Assembly (NCBI GenBank): GCA_964035545.1
Contig: OZ037768.1
Coordinates: 7,472,741-7,536,740 of the forward strand
Length of the DNA stretch: 64,000 nucleotides
Source of the DNA: Bugula neritina
Taxonomy: Eukaryota; Animalia; Bryozoa
Direction: 5' to 3'
Both the position numbers and the translations under genes were made by a program. The stretch's first letter is position 1. The number at the start of each line of letters is the position of its first letter. A model generated the notes under the pieces. That model made no database searches. It saw only the letters and a list, made by a program, of their open reading frames with translations, and had not been told where the DNA came from. Below, piece after piece: positions 26,325 to 41,089 of this stretch.

Positions 26325-27099
26325 GATTGCTCAGCCTATAAAAATACACTAAAATTTAACAAATAGTGGTTGAAAGTATTCTTAATAAATATCAGCTATT
26401 TTCAAAACAGATTATATAATATTTAAATAAAATAAAATTACTAAAAAACATGTAACATTATAAAAATATATGTGACCACAATATTATTATTTTTCATGCT
26501 CTATCAAAACCATTACAGCTTTTCCATTTTCATACCTTTAATTTTAACATAGGAAATCACCCATTATTCATTCAAAATAATTCACAAGTCACATTCAAAG
26601 TTTGAACCAATATAATTGCCAATAGGTTGAGAAAAAAAATTATAAAAAACATCTTTAGGTGATACTTTGTGGGCGTAAATATTAGCAATACAATTTCTAG
26701 AAAAAAGCATTCAGCATGTCTAACACCCAACTCTACTTTTACTTAGTTTCTTGGAATAAGACGCAACAAAGAAGAGGCCTGATATCATCAATGCATGCCA
26801 ACAAACAACTTGAAAGCTTAACATACTAAAATTATAAGTGAACATTGAGATCACAAACATCTATGTCTCATGTGAACTGACTCAGGTGAACTATGACTAT
26901 CACTTCTTGAAACATAAGTAATTGAAGGTGATAGTATAAATGATAAATTTATGAGTGAATGATTCAAGTGTTTGCCTTTGGAATAGGCGAGGTTGAATAC
27001 AATTTTAATGTGATTAAACATAAACCAGTTTGATAACTACAAGTACAAGTAAATTAAAATTATCAATAATAATAGCAGTTTTTAATAATAATTACAATC

Positions 27100-27500
27100 C
27101 TAATCAGTATGAGTATGAGCATCCCAATTTCAATTTGAATTTGAAGCTTGAATGTAATTATGTATCATAATGACAATCACAGTCACAATACAATGAACAT
27201 GGTTTTAGACTTTTTCTTAAGTATTAATAATACTAATACTATTAGTATTACTATTAGTATTAGTAGTAGTATTACTATAACATTAACTATTAGTATAAGT
27301 ATTAGAGTATTACTCTATTAGTATTACTATTACTATTAGTAATCAAACGCACTGCTTATTCGCAACAATATTATAACAACAGTATGACTAGATTGTTTCG
27401 TTTATTTTCAATTTACACTAAACTATTACTAATAGTAATAGTTATACTTTTAGTTATAGTAATAGGCGGGCATTATACTTGTAGTTATAGTTATAACAAA
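27100..27500. repeat. 6-bp-periodic A[C/G]T tract at DMAP1 5' end
   Basis: atc agt atg agt atg agc; aat act aat act att agt att act att agt att agt agt agt att act. Confidence 0.75.
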
Positions 27501-27854
27501 ATCAAATTCTGAATAATTTTTGGTTAATTCCAGAAATACAAAGCATTTGAATATACTCGTTATGTTAGCGCTAAATATTTTTAGTTATTTGGACGGGTAG
27601 TCTGATTTTCCCCATCCTTTGCATTTAAAAATGTTGACGTTCATTAGTACTAAGGGTATTGCTTGTAAGTTATAGCAACATGAAAATAAATTGCTGCAGG
27701 GCTTATCTATTGTTTTTTCTACTGCAAATGAATGAATGAGTTTTCAATCGTGTAAGTATTACACCCGTGTGGATGTCTGAAGGTTATGCATGCTTATAGT
27801 TGTATACCACCAACTTTTTTTTAATGTTGATTTGATGGTATGAAATTGTGCCTG

Positions 27855-28215
27855 GTAGTACTAATACTAATTACTAGTACACTCGATTAAATAATTAATA
27901 TTACTATTAGTATTACTATTAGTATTACTATTAGTATTCTGTGTCGATAGAACATTTACTGATTTAGATATCACAAAAATTAGTATTACTATTAGTATTA
28001 CTATTACTATTAGTAATAGTATTAGTACTATTAATAATAATACTAATAGTAATAGTATTACTATTACAGTATTAGTATTAGTAAGTTAGTCAATGTCATA
28101 CTCATACTGATACTAATGCTAGAAGTACGAATCATATTGATATTGATATTGATAATGATATTCTAATGTACCTAAAGTAAAAGATGATGTTATCAGTATC
28201 ACTAACTCTAAATAC
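27855..28215. repeat. 6-bp-periodic A[C/G]T tract at GNAV1 5' end
   Basis: att act att agt att act att agt...; cat act cat act gat act aat gct. Confidence 0.8.
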
Positions 28216-29891
28216 TAAAATAGCGAATTTGTTTTCTACAAGTACAATATTCAATAATAATGGTTATAATTATTATTTTAAATGAATTATTTTATAGAGT
28301 TTTACTATAATTATCATTTAATTTTATTTTTAATAAATAATTATAATAATATTTCTATTAAAGAGTTATTCACTTATAGTTATATTTTTATTAGATTTAG
28401 TATTCAACCTGAATAATATGTTTATTGAAATATATTTACTTTTATGATTCATTAATATAATGCCTAATTTTTTCTATTGCAATTTGTCGAATATTAGGTA
28501 TGATGTTTGACAAGAATAAGGTAAGGTAAATCACTGAACAACCCTCTTGAGAGAAAATAATTCTAAACTGGGGTAAAGGGTTTGGTTGTTTTCAAACAAA
28601 TTTATTGTCTAAAATGTGAATATCTAAAGATTATCTAAAGCTGATCAATTTTCTAGATAAAATACTTTTTAATTTATTTGGCATTGCTTCTTTTTACCTA
28701 ATAATAATATTGACTAAAAATCACTCTTAAGAGACTCTTTTTAGAGATACTTTTTAGAGACCAGTTTTTGTTTTGTAAATGATTTGAGCACTTCAATCAC
28801 TGAAATAATTTGCTATTTTACTGTCTTAAGGTGCTAATCTCATGGTAATACTCTGTTGCTTCATTACTTGAGTAAAGCCATATTTGTTTTCACTGATCAA
28901 TAACTCATTTTGTGCGCCATAATTTTTGGTGTGCGTATTTTCTTGTACATCTGATACTAAAATTAGCACTACTTTGGTTTTGTAAATTTATTTATATCTC
29001 AAGGAAATCTATTGACATGTTATAAATTTTATCTCAGTTGATATGTTACATCCATGGCTCATATAAAGACAGGTCTAGTTATTTGCTATAGTTATGTTAG
29101 TTGAAATATATAATCATTAAAAGATTTGATCAGTAGAGCCCGGTTTGAATTATTGCCAGTAAAAACAAACAATCTCAAATGGAACTAGATGGATCTGTTT
29201 AAATTGGCTTGCAAAATGTTGAAACTCGTATGTATAGGTATAACGCTTTTTTGAATATATATGTATACACAGTGTAACAGATATGACAAGAAGGTAAATA
29301 AAATATAGTGGTTTAATTAATTGTCTCTAATTATTAAAGTCAATTGCAATAATTTTTATTCAACACATATTGACGCAAGTTAGCAGCATGTCATTTGAAA
29401 TTTTAAGTTCTAGTCAAGTCAAGCTAGCTAAAAAAAGGAAGTTGAGCCAAGTCAATGTTTCTAGCAAATTAAATCCAGTTGAAGAAATCTAAGTACTCAG
29501 CCAGCAATCAAATATTCAAGTCAATTTGTTTCCATCTCTATTAAAGGAAAATAACCAGTTTTACTACCAGTGATTAAATCTAGCTGTGTTGTCAAATACT
29601 AGTAATGATATCAGCACCATTATTGTGGTAATGAAATTCTTAGTCTAATAACCACATGGAATGTTTGTGGTTTCCTATCACCTACTACTCAGTGTCTGTA
29701 TTCTTTTAGCATACATATTTGTAATGAAAATTTTTAGTATAAAAATATAACTTCAGGGCTATTTTATTTTTTGCAAAAATAGTAATAATGAAATAATATA
29801 TTTTTTGTTGAAAGTGTTTGTTCTGTTGAAATTACCATAAACATTTTTTGAAAGTTTCCTCGCTTTGTAGTAAATCTGCAGATGGGAAAAT

Positions 29892-32800
29892 ATGGGTGCT
29901 TGTTTGACGCTGGATAATGAGGAGAAGAAAGCTAAGATAAGGAGTGAGCACCTTGATCAATATCTTCTACAGTGTGCTAATGAACACCACAATATTATCA
30001 AAATTCTACTGCTAGGTACAGGAATATATTTCATCTATTATTAAATGCAATAAAAATAACCTACATGTGCAACCAAGCTTGAATGGGTTATGATTGCCTG
30101 CTAGACAATATCTTGTGCTACTAAACTAAATATATATATTTATACATTATTAACCTCTGTTAAATGATGCACATATTTTATGTACCTTGTAATTCTTTAA
30201 GCATTCATTTATTTCCTTTACAAATTGTACATGTTCATATGGATGCATAGCTTCCTGTTCTAAGTAAGAAAATTGTTTTTCAAAATAATCTTTAGGGGCA
30301 GGGGAGAGTGGAAAAAGCACATTAGTTAAGCAGATGAAGATCATACACAATGATGGGTTTACACCTTATGAGCTACAAACCTTTAAGGTATTGGCTATAT
30401 TCACCCTTTTATCATAGCACGACTTTCTGCAGTGATTAATACCACATTTGATGCTAAAGCTAGGGTTACATTTAGTGCTTTGAGCATACTGTTTCAATGA
30501 TTCTTATATGAAAACAAAGCAATAACAGGCAGTCTGTTTGCTTAGCTTTATGCAAACATTTGGTGCTCATTCTTCAAAATATATAATTATTTAGAGATTG
30601 TGAGTATGTATGTGTAGGCATTGGCATATTTGAAAATGTTTCCAAGTGTAAAGTTACAATAAGAAAATCTGAAGCCATGAGTAATCACTGAATAGGCTAA
30701 CATTTGTGAAGTACTTCCATCTTAATGTTCTTTGTTCCAGAGAAAACAACTAAAAAGTTGACAATTTGACCACCACTGAAATATGGTTATATTATCCTTA
30801 CTATAATAGTGTTTCGTATAGTGATAACATCTTGTATCTGAGATGTATTGTTTATAATGAGTAGCAAGTGTTAAAATACTTTTAAAGTTGTTTTCTCAAT
30901 TTGTTTGCTTTTAGCCTACTGTTCTAGAGAATCTAGTGGGTTCCATGAAGTATGTCCTCAATGGAATGGGCATTCTCAAAATAAACTTGCAGCACACGGC
31001 CAACCGAGTAAGCACTACTGTCATTGGTCTACTGATCCATTTGGATCCATCTATCAATGCATAGCTATCTGTGAATTGCTTTGAAAATAGTGAGAGTTTA
31101 TGTAAGCTCTTCTGGCAAAACAATTTTGGCACCAAATGTTCTGCTTAAGTATTGGAATCTATTGTCAGGCTATTCAAATAGTAATTCACATACTTATAGT
31201 TCTAGACATACATGTGAATGTGTGACTCATTACTTTTGTTAAGTTCATTGATCTTCATAAAGTTTCCGACTTGGTTTTTCTTTGAATTCACATTCATTCA
31301 TTTGTTAGATGGTCATTAGCATATATTATTCTTTGCTCTGATCTGTTTATTATTAGCCTGTGATTCATCATTCTTTGCAGACTCATGCACTTACGGTTCT
31401 AGCATGTCGCAGATGTTATGATTCCAGCGTATGCATGCTACCGCATGTTTCTGTAGCTTTACATGCTCTCTGGGCAGATGGAGGTGTGAGATTAGCCGTA
31501 GTTAGAGGATTTGAATACGAGCTTAACGACTCAGCTACATAGTAAGAACTTGTTTCATAGCAGAGTGCTATTTGCATGCTGTTGGGTTGTTTAACTGAGA
31601 AGTTGGAAACCAATATATGGAGAGAGTGCTAAGTTATGACTAAAGAAACATATCCTCAGCAGTAACTGTTATTATAAAAAAAGATGACACTAGTTCAACT
31701 AGAAACAATCAAATGTTAACACACAAAAATTGCAAATATCATCAGTTTACTTTATTATTATATCTTATATACATAGGCTGATAAATATTTAAAGTGAAGT
31801 TTTATATTGGGGAAATTTACCTTGTATAGTTTCATTCTAATACTAATAGTATTGGGATGGAACATTTTGAACATGGGTTAATATTTCTATGAATATTATG
31901 TAAGAGGTTTATCGAGTTGACTTACTGCTTTATTTAATACAAGTATAATGTATATAGAACATATATTATATTATATTATATTATACGCATAAAACATATA
32001 TTATGTAGAATACATATAGAACATATATTATATAGAATACATATGTAATATATATTATATAGAATACATATATAATGTATAGATCAAAGATATTTTTCAG
32101 CTTTAATGTTATAAATGGTGCTGGCTCATAATATTAACCTGTACCAAAAGCACCTGGGTTATTAAGTGTCAGTTCTCACTAATGAATGTGCTGAAATATT
32201 AGTTGGAAATAAAATTGACAGAACAAATATGCAGCTGTATTTTACTAAACTGTTTGTTTGAACTTGTATAATTAGCTATAGTGTAATGATTTGCCGTAAG
32301 ATACCTATGTTCCAGATTTGCTTCTACTCTCATTAAAATATTGGGGCAGCAACTCCTATAAATAGTTATAATGCATAAATATTATGTTTACATAACGATT
32401 ATTTTAGAAAATTATACAACTTTTAGCATTATTCTGCTTTTTTACATTTTGATCTTTTCACATATTTGTTCATCTGTAGCTATTTTGAGAACATGACAAG
32501 AATATGCTCCTCCAAGTTTGCACCTACTGCAACTGACGTGTTGAGAGCCAGAGTACGAACAACTGGGGTGATAGAGACGTGTTTTAGAATTCAATCATTC
32601 ACATTCAGGTTGGCTTATGTTGCTATGCTTATATTTAGAACCCGAATAATTTTTTGAATGTATTAAAACACCCAATCCATCTATTTTTCTAAACTAATTG
32701 ACATATACTGAGATAGTATGATATTTCTACTGTTGAAATGTAAGTGACAAGTATGTGTTTGGTTTAGGTAGTTCTCCATTGGGTTGGTTATATAGCTGCA

Positions 32801-35023
32801 CCCAAAAAGTACTTTTCAGAACACCTATTATTAAATTATTAGTATTTGAATTACATAGGCAGCATTCTGTGGATAAACCAGAAAATACTGTTTGCAATTT
32901 TATGCTGGCAGTGTTGGCAATAGGGCTGGTGTAAAAAGTGTGATAGAGATAATTGTTTGCTTTAAATTTTTTACATTTACTGAGCTCTTGAATGCTGGTA
33001 GCCTGTACTTTCATCTCACCTTTCTGGTATATTTATTTCAGGATGTTTGATGTTGGTGGCCAGCGATCTGAACGTAAAAGATGGATTCAATATTTCGATG
33101 ATGTTCGAGTGATTTTATACGTTGTTGCATTGAGTGGATATGACATGTTTCTACATGAGGAACCCTCAGTGGTAAGCAGAATGTAGACTCTAATGCTATG
33201 AACTGTATACTCTGTAATTGTGTAAATAATTGTTACACTAAACTGCATGTTCAGAATGCAAAGGTAAGACAACCACCTCTTAACATATTAAATAAAATTG
33301 AGAAGACAACTTTGAAAACTGTACAAACTCTTTCTATTATGCTTTTGATTTGAACTTTTGTATTTAAAAATGGTTACTATTAAACTAACTCGGTTTCTTT
33401 ATAGTAGCTCATTGTTTTGTACAAATAAGAAATGATTGTAAACCAGTATAATAATTTTTGTTCTGTTCATTTTTATGTATTTTTATCCTTTTTAGAATCG
33501 TTTGTCGGAAAGCTTAAAATTATTTGCATCCATCTGTAACAACAAGTTCTTTCATTTATCTTCTATGGTAAGTAAGTGATTTTTTCAACTATCTTTGTCT
33601 TTGCTTCGCTGTGTTTTATTTTAGTTTTACCGCATTAATAAGCTTTTCAAAATATTCAAAGGTTCTGGTGTTGGCATGTTTCATACATTAATCAATATTT
33701 TGATAGGTATCTATGAAACTAACTTCTAATTTAATACTGTGCTCAGTCATTAAGCTTATAAATCTATAATCATATTGAAGCTGTTAACCAGTACCAGGGA
33801 AATCAGTTTAATTGAAAATTCAATATTCCTAAATCTCTTGGTATACTTCACTTTGCTTTAAAGCATGTTGTTGTACAGAAATAGTCATTGTATAATAAAG
33901 ATGTCACTTTTCGCTTCAGGTTCTAAATACTTCTATATAACTCAATCCATGCTAACATTCTACTTTGTCATTATTCTATGGTGTTTGTATGTAGCTCTTT
34001 GCAATGGTTTCTATTTATTATTGAGGCCTTCTTGTTTAATTTATCACCCAATAATCTAGATGTTCACTAACATTAAGGGCCTCTTAAATAACTAATTGTG
34101 TAGGTTCAACTAAATTACACTATAAACTACTGCTGAGTGTTATATCTGGTATAATATTATTTACTGCTTGCACCGGTATGTTGCTGTTCGCGGGAATTTA
34201 TCATGCTGGTAGTGCAGCTATGTGGTAGTAACTCTGTCCACGTGTCTACTAGTTAATGAATCTCATCATTATAACTAATTGACTGAGTAGCCGTTACTAT
34301 TGCCATTACCAGGACTAAGCAAAATGCTAACATCTGTTTCATAGCTCCTGAGGAAGCACCATTTTTATAAAAAAAAATGATTGCTCTTACGGCTGGGAGT
34401 TTGCAAGAACACTATTTTAAACAAGTGGTAAAAAAATAGAGAAATAACAAAATAGGTCAACATCAAATTAGGTAGATCTTCAGCCCACATTAGTTCATTC
34501 TATCTCTAAATTGTATTACATTGGATTATAATAATAATGGACTATGTAATAAAGTAAAAGTTGGTAAACGAAGATAAATTAGACAAATGTGCACATAAAA
34601 ACTACACCTGGAAAAACACAAAACAAAATTACATTGAATAAAATATCTAGTAAATAAAAAGTAAAGGAGTATAAGTGTAATGTATACATTATATCTGTTT
34701 TTACAAGCATGTTGGTGGCTAGTTAGCCCAATGCAGGAGAAGCAATTGCAGCATTTAACGCAGAGATGTGATGAGTGTATGTCGCAGAGTCTGTTTTCTG
34801 AATGGTGTATTGGAAAAGTCATATTGTATAGGCTACTGATGTTTAGCCAATGAGTAATGATGGAGAAAGTTGACTTGATTTCAGAACATTAACTGACCCA
34901 ACATTCAAAGTTATGCCTTATTATCTGAAGTCTTATTCTATAATTGTGAAATACTTTCAGTTTTTCTAACAGGCTTTCACTTGAATTTAGTGATACCATG
35001 ATCATGTTGGCTCTCTCTCTCTC

Positions 35024-35064
<41 letters not shown>

Positions 35065-35593
35065 GCTGTTACTCCTTAGGTTGAGTTATTTTTCTCATTG
35101 ATTATTTGTTAGATTCTATTCCTGAACAAAATTGATTTATTCCAAGAGAAGATTCTCCATTCAGGGAGACATTTGAGATACTATTACCCAGAATATCCAG
35201 GTAGGTCTCCACTAGACACTGTACTATCTGTGAACCACACACAGTTCATATTCTCTCTCTTGCCTTCTTGAGATTCTCTACATGGTTGGTTTTATGGATA
35301 ACTACTGCATATATTATAATGCTATTGATTCTTGCTCCTTTCTCAATAAGTATATTAGCTAGTGATTGATCCATAAGACATCCAATGTAATTGTTTCAGG
35401 GCCTGACTGGGACGTGGAGGCCAGTGCTATGTATATACAATCATTGTTCTTAAGACAGAACAAGCAGCAGTGCAAAGTAATATACCCGCATTTTACTACA
35501 GCTACTGATACTACTAACATACAAGTGGTGTTTGATGTGATAGTCGACACCATCCTAAAAGATAACTTAAACTGCAGTGCATGTATGCTGTAA
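29892..35593 (+). CDS. GNAV1: Heterotrimeric G protein alpha subunit, Gv class
   Basis: 9 exons: 29892-30015, 30296-30387, 30915-31007, 31381-31541, 32480-32608, 33042-33171, 33496-33567, 35113-35200, 35400-35593. G boxes [30 protein letters not shown]. Gv-typical stretches [40 protein letters not shown]. Confidence 0.9.
31950..32082. repeat. AT-rich minisatellite (~27-bp unit atatagaacatatattatatagaatac)
   Basis: About four degenerate tandem copies in GNAV1 intron 4. Confidence 0.7.
35010..35062. repeat. (CT)n microsatellite with poly-C
   Basis: Directly visible. Confidence 0.95.
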
Positions 35594-36926
35594 GGCTGGT
35601 ATCAAAGTTGTATAGTTATTATCAAATAGCTCTTTATACTCATTGCCAGCTGTTGCCGGCTTCAATGCAAGAGCCTCGTGACAATTGATTTACTATAATC
35701 TAGCAAGGCGTATTCTTACTATTTGTTACTTACAGAAAGTTTTGTAGTCATTTATACATGTATAGAATTTTGTATCGTATAGTTATTTATGGGTGCAAAC
35801 AAAAGAGGTTTCTATTACCTCAATATAGGTGCTTTAATTTATTAGAGTCTGATCTCAAAATAATGGTCTCTAAATCACAATTGTACAATTTATCATATCT
35901 GTGACAATCTAGACATTTAATTCTCATGTACTAGTAGTTACCAAGTTGGCTATATTCTTAGTGTTATTTTCAATATCTGTTTGAGTGATACTTCCACTGT
36001 ATTATACTGTGTTTATTATTAGTCATTTTAATAGATACTACTTACTAGCATACTGATAGCTAACCACTTCCTACTTGTTTCAGTGATGATTTATATCCTT
36101 GCCAATGCAAACAAACAAATTTGCATAAGCAAGCCATCTAATGTATCATGTATCAAGGTACATTATGAAAACGGTTAGTCAACTTCAGTATATCATTTTT
36201 GTGCATAGTCTGAAGCCACTGAAGAGTGGCAAATTATCCTTTTAGCTGCCTACACTAGTGTGTAATACACTAGTCAATAATGCCAGAACTAGGTAACCTC
36301 ATTACACACTAGGAAACTACTACTTCTATTATCTAACTATATCTACATTGTATCATCAAGTCATATGACTATGATTCAACAGGCTTCCTGCCCAGCAGAA
36401 TTCTCTTCTCCGATGATATCAAAATGATAACCTTTGAATCTAAATTGGCAACTTACCATTGCCCATTGTATTGCAAGCTAACCAACATATTCCCTATACA
36501 TTCTTACAAGTTGAAAACAAATCCAGCTGAAAGTTAAAATTTCTATTTCAAGAAATGCAATTATAAATATAGAAACAATATGTTACATCAACATAATATG
36601 GATACATAAATAGAAGCCAAGCACACAATGTGCATTTCAAGAAAAACAACAATTTCTATTTTTCTATACGTATAACAATTGCTATGAGTTGCAATGATTG
36701 TAAAACTAGTACCACCTTGAAAATAATATACATTGAAAGTATAGAGATAATTATTAGTAAGGAGGGAGATAATTACAGTGAATAATACACAGTTGGATAG
36801 TGAGCAAAATACTTCAACAACAAAAGCAGCCTATCTGCCTTCTGCAGGTTGGAATATCTCAAATTAGGGCGACACAACTCACATGCTCAATACATACGGC
36901 TATGGCTAGCACAAAATACTTCTGGG

Positions 36927-39900
36927 CTAGTAGGTGGGTGGCTGGTATTCGCTGGACGTGGTCTGTGGTGGGCCTGTGTTGCCACTAAATGGAGCTTGCT
37001 GGTACGACTGATCTGGCTCTCCACCGAATGATGCATATGGGTTAGAACTCTGGTCTATGGTGGGAGCATTGTTCAAATCTGAAGCCCCAAAGTCTTCAGA
37101 CACTCCTTTTCTGTATCTCAAGACTGCTAGCACTGTTAGGGCACCCTGAACAAGCCCATACACTGCATTAGTTGATGTGGTTATAATTCTTACATTGAAA
37201 ACCTTACACTTCCCTACTAATTTTAGCTAATAGCCAATAAATATATATTGTGAAACAGACTGGTGGAAATGCATAGACCAATAAATGCAGCTATTTAGTG
37301 ATCAATAGGCTTCAGAATGACTGAGGATATCAATAATGTTGTTTTAGGATTTTACAGCTAACTAGTATAATCACACAGCACAAAGATCTTTATAGATTTT
37401 TCCTCTTTTTGTCAATGTAAGCAAGTAACAAAACTGAATAAACTGCAAGTGCCTATAGAACTATGCTAATGTTTGTCATCCAATGTACTCAGCCTGCACA
37501 GTTACACCAGGAAAGATTATGGAATCATTAGATATAGACTAATAAATCATCAGTGATAGTTTATTTTAGCACCAATTCATGACATATAACATGCAATGTC
37601 CATAATAATTGAACCACTAATCATTTTATTTGTACAAGCCATACTAATATGTTGATATTGGACAGTGCTGAGAATAATGCACAGCACACACCAGTTAACG
37701 TTGTATATTAGTGAATTCAAAAATAGAAACAAATATTAAGGTTTTTGGAACCCATTTGTCAAGGATATGAGGCATATACAGTCAATAAATATATATCTTA
37801 AGTACACATTCTTGTGGTTGTAGGATCCCCTCATGTCTACCAGGTATGTCAATAAACATGTAAAAAGTTACATAATCTATTTTCTTAAATGCAAATAATT
37901 ACCACCTAAGCCATTGATTACTAAACTCATGTTTTATCTGTAAGCTTTGAATTCTGACTGCTACAGTAGTATCATAAGAAGTCTGCATCATTTTAAACCA
38001 AAATGGTTCTCAAAGTAACTGTTTTTCTTAAATGCTGTAACTAGTAAGACAAAGCTGCTGACCTACAAACAGAAGCATATAGCTTACCCAGGAGATGGTG
38101 GAGAAGAATGAAAATGCTAACGCTGCTTGCACGTCATTCCTAGCAGTTGCACCAATATGAGACTTTGTAACAGCCGGTGTGCTTGCCCATCGATTAGTCA
38201 TATAGCAAAAACCGATAAACCACAAGAAACACCAAAGACCTGAAACGCAAAGCATCGATAATGTGATCAACTTGAGTATCATAATTACTAATGAGCAGAG
38301 TGTAGTTTGTAGCATAAACATGTAATCAAGTAAGTTTTAGGGAGTAAGACTATCAACACTAACCTGAAACTGAGATGTCAGCAAGAACAGCATATTTTCG
38401 GTGCTGCACACTACTTAGCTGTTCAAATAAGGCATCTAGCACCAAAAATGCTATACAAAGTAGAAAAGCTATAACTCCTATTCCAATCCCATAACTACAG
38501 GCATTTGGATCAGCATTCAAGTAGCAGAGTTGTCCAACATGTGGATCATATCCACGTGACGCAATGCAGCCAAATACAATTATTGCAAACAGCTACAACA
38601 CAAATTAAAAAAAAAACACTAAATAAAAATATAGATCGCAATACAACAGGGCGTCTGCTGAAGGCACTCTAACCAAATCAACCTGTATTTTATCTACACA
38701 ATGAAATATCTTCTAGTCACACAGCCAATTGATGGTTGAAGTCAAAGTTTTTCTGTTATTAGCTGTTGCTCTACTACCATAGTCATAGAACTGTGCGTCA
38801 GAGCCGTTTCCAGCTTGATTTAAAGTAAAAATTTAGGTATCAGACTGGATACTTGGCAGGCTGCAGCTAAACATTAACCTGTCTGGTGAATTATGATCCG
38901 GAGACCTTAACTTAGAACCGTCATCGTCAACCGCTTATGATGATGATGACTCTACTACCAACTGTAACACTCACAGTTATTAAGTGTGCTATTGACTCTA
39001 AAATTAAGTATGTGACTACAACTAACTTCCAGTGACTCACACTCATGAGTTTGGGGCACCATAGTTCAACATTTAAAGTCAATGAGAGTTGAAAGTATTA
39101 CTGATTGGTACGGTAAAATGCAAAATTTAACTTTGACTACATATAGCTAGTAATCTAGGCAACAGTAACTGTGGCTATGTTAACTTTTCTTGACCAGTGA
39201 TTACATTAGACTTATAGCGAGTGACAGCTTTTTGAGGGTACCTTAACTACTAGTCAAAATGTACAATATAACTTATTTACTTTCGATTTAAGTCTTAGTT
39301 TCTAACTATAAGTTAAATATAGTTTCAGTGCTGAGTTTAGATCTTGATAACCTGACTCAAACACTTGATATTCTTGTCATGAGTCAACTTGCAAACTCAC
39401 TGCTATTTACCTTTAATATTTTACATTTATTTAATCAAGTTTAAGTTGAAGTTCAAACTAAGTGATTATATCAATTTTGATATCAACATAATATAAATTA
39501 TATTCCCTTTAATAAAAATTATAATTATAATAATGATCTAAATCGAACCACTAGCAGTAACTCTAAGTGATATTAAATGTGTTCATCATCATCATGACCA
39601 TTAATCAATACCATTAAAATTATTATAACCATAATGATTTTGACAATTATAATGTTGAAGTTAAACTAAAACTTAATGAATATTTCCGTAAGACAAATAA
39701 TAATATAACTATAAAGCAGGTGTGGTGCAATAGCTAGAGAGCTAATCTACTTTTACTTCTAGCAAAACACCAGGTCAGTGGTTTGAGTTAGAATACATGC
39801 AGTGATGTTAGGAAGAGTGTCCAGTCATAATTCAAGTTGCTCCACTTTCTGTACCACATGAGAAAAAGTTAAAAAACCCTTTAGGATTCTCGCAGGGATA

Positions 39901-40691
39901 GTGACTATGACATTGACTATCACAGTCACTATAGCAATATGAATAGCAAGACTAATACTAATAGATATTAGATATATGGTAATAGAATATAATTAATAAA
40001 TAATAACTATAATACTTATGGTAAACTTAAATTTGCTATTGTAGTAATTACACTAATGTTATACTTATTGGAATACTAATACTAATAGTATTACTGTAAA
40101 AAGAAATCTAATTCACTTTGACTTTCACTTTGAGTTTGACTTTCAATAAAACTAAAAGTACATCAAGTTATCAAAGATCAACTCCAAGTCAAATGATTTG
40201 ACAAATGTAATACTAATACTAATACTAATAGTAATACAGTATTTAATACTTAATTATTAATACTTAATACTAATAGTAATGCTAATACTAATACTAATAG
40301 TAATAGTAATACTAATACTAATAGTTATACTTATAGTAATTACTAATTTAAAGACAAGTCAAATGCCAAGTCCAATGATCGAGCCAATAGGAAATGAAAT
40401 GGTCAAGCCCAATCAGTATCACAATGGCAATCACTATTACAGTTACTATTAGTATGAGTATCACAATGACAATGAGTATCACTATGACTATGACTATCAG
40501 TATGAGTATGAGTACGACAATCAAAACGGCATGATGAAGTTTGACTTTTTAGTGTTGGCTGTTTTAAAAAAATGTACATAAACTTGACTTACGGTTGATA
40601 GCAATCTAATTATAACTTGAGGCTTTTTAATAAATTCTATAGGATTAAAAGGAGCACCAGCTCCTCCAGAACCATACGCACCACCTTCCAT
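36927..40691 (-). CDS. SYNGR: Synaptogyrin (MARVEL domain)
   Basis: Exons 40691-40593, 38592-38364, 38239-38088, 37145-36927. MEGGAYGSGGAGAPFNPIEFIKKPQ, FAIIVFGCI, NACSYGIGIGVIAFL, LWFIGFCYMTNRW, AALAFSFFS, C-terminal YQPPTY. Confidence 0.95.
39715..39908 (+). mobile_element. Degenerate tRNA-derived SINE family A copy
   Basis: TGTGGTGCAATAG head, core GTGATGTTAGGAAGAGTGTCCAGTCATAATT, tail CAGGGATAGTGACTAT shared with other copies. Confidence 0.7.
39900..40525. repeat. 6-bp-periodic A[C/G]T tract in synaptogyrin intron 1
   Basis: 40445-40522: ACT ATT AGT ATG AGT ATC ACA ATG ACA ATG AGT ATC ACT ATG ACT ATG ACT ATC AGT ATG AGT ATG AGT ACG ACA ATC. (AATACT/AATAGT)n at 40208-40345. Confidence 0.85.
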
Positions 40692-41089
40692 GACGTGTGA
40701 TCACAAGTTGAGGTACACCGATTATGACCAACTTTGTAATGATTAGTATCTTACTACTTGCTAGATATAGCCTCGTAACACTATTTTCATATCAGTTAAA
40801 AAAAATTAAAATATATATGAAAATTTAAATAATAATAAAAATGAAGTAATAAACATTTTGTTAGTAAATTAGCAAAATTAATTTTGTCTCAAGACTATAA
40901 TTACACGCAAATAAAATTTGGGTGGAAGTAATAGCTTATGGTGAAATTTAAAGTTGCACCACGTTGTTCAACTGAATTATCAACTCACTGTTAAACTCCA
41001 ACGTCTATCACATTTTAACATTGTATTGGTTATCACTCTATTTTATTGTGAAATGTCATCAGGCGTTGTTGCTTTTTTATCACAATGCT

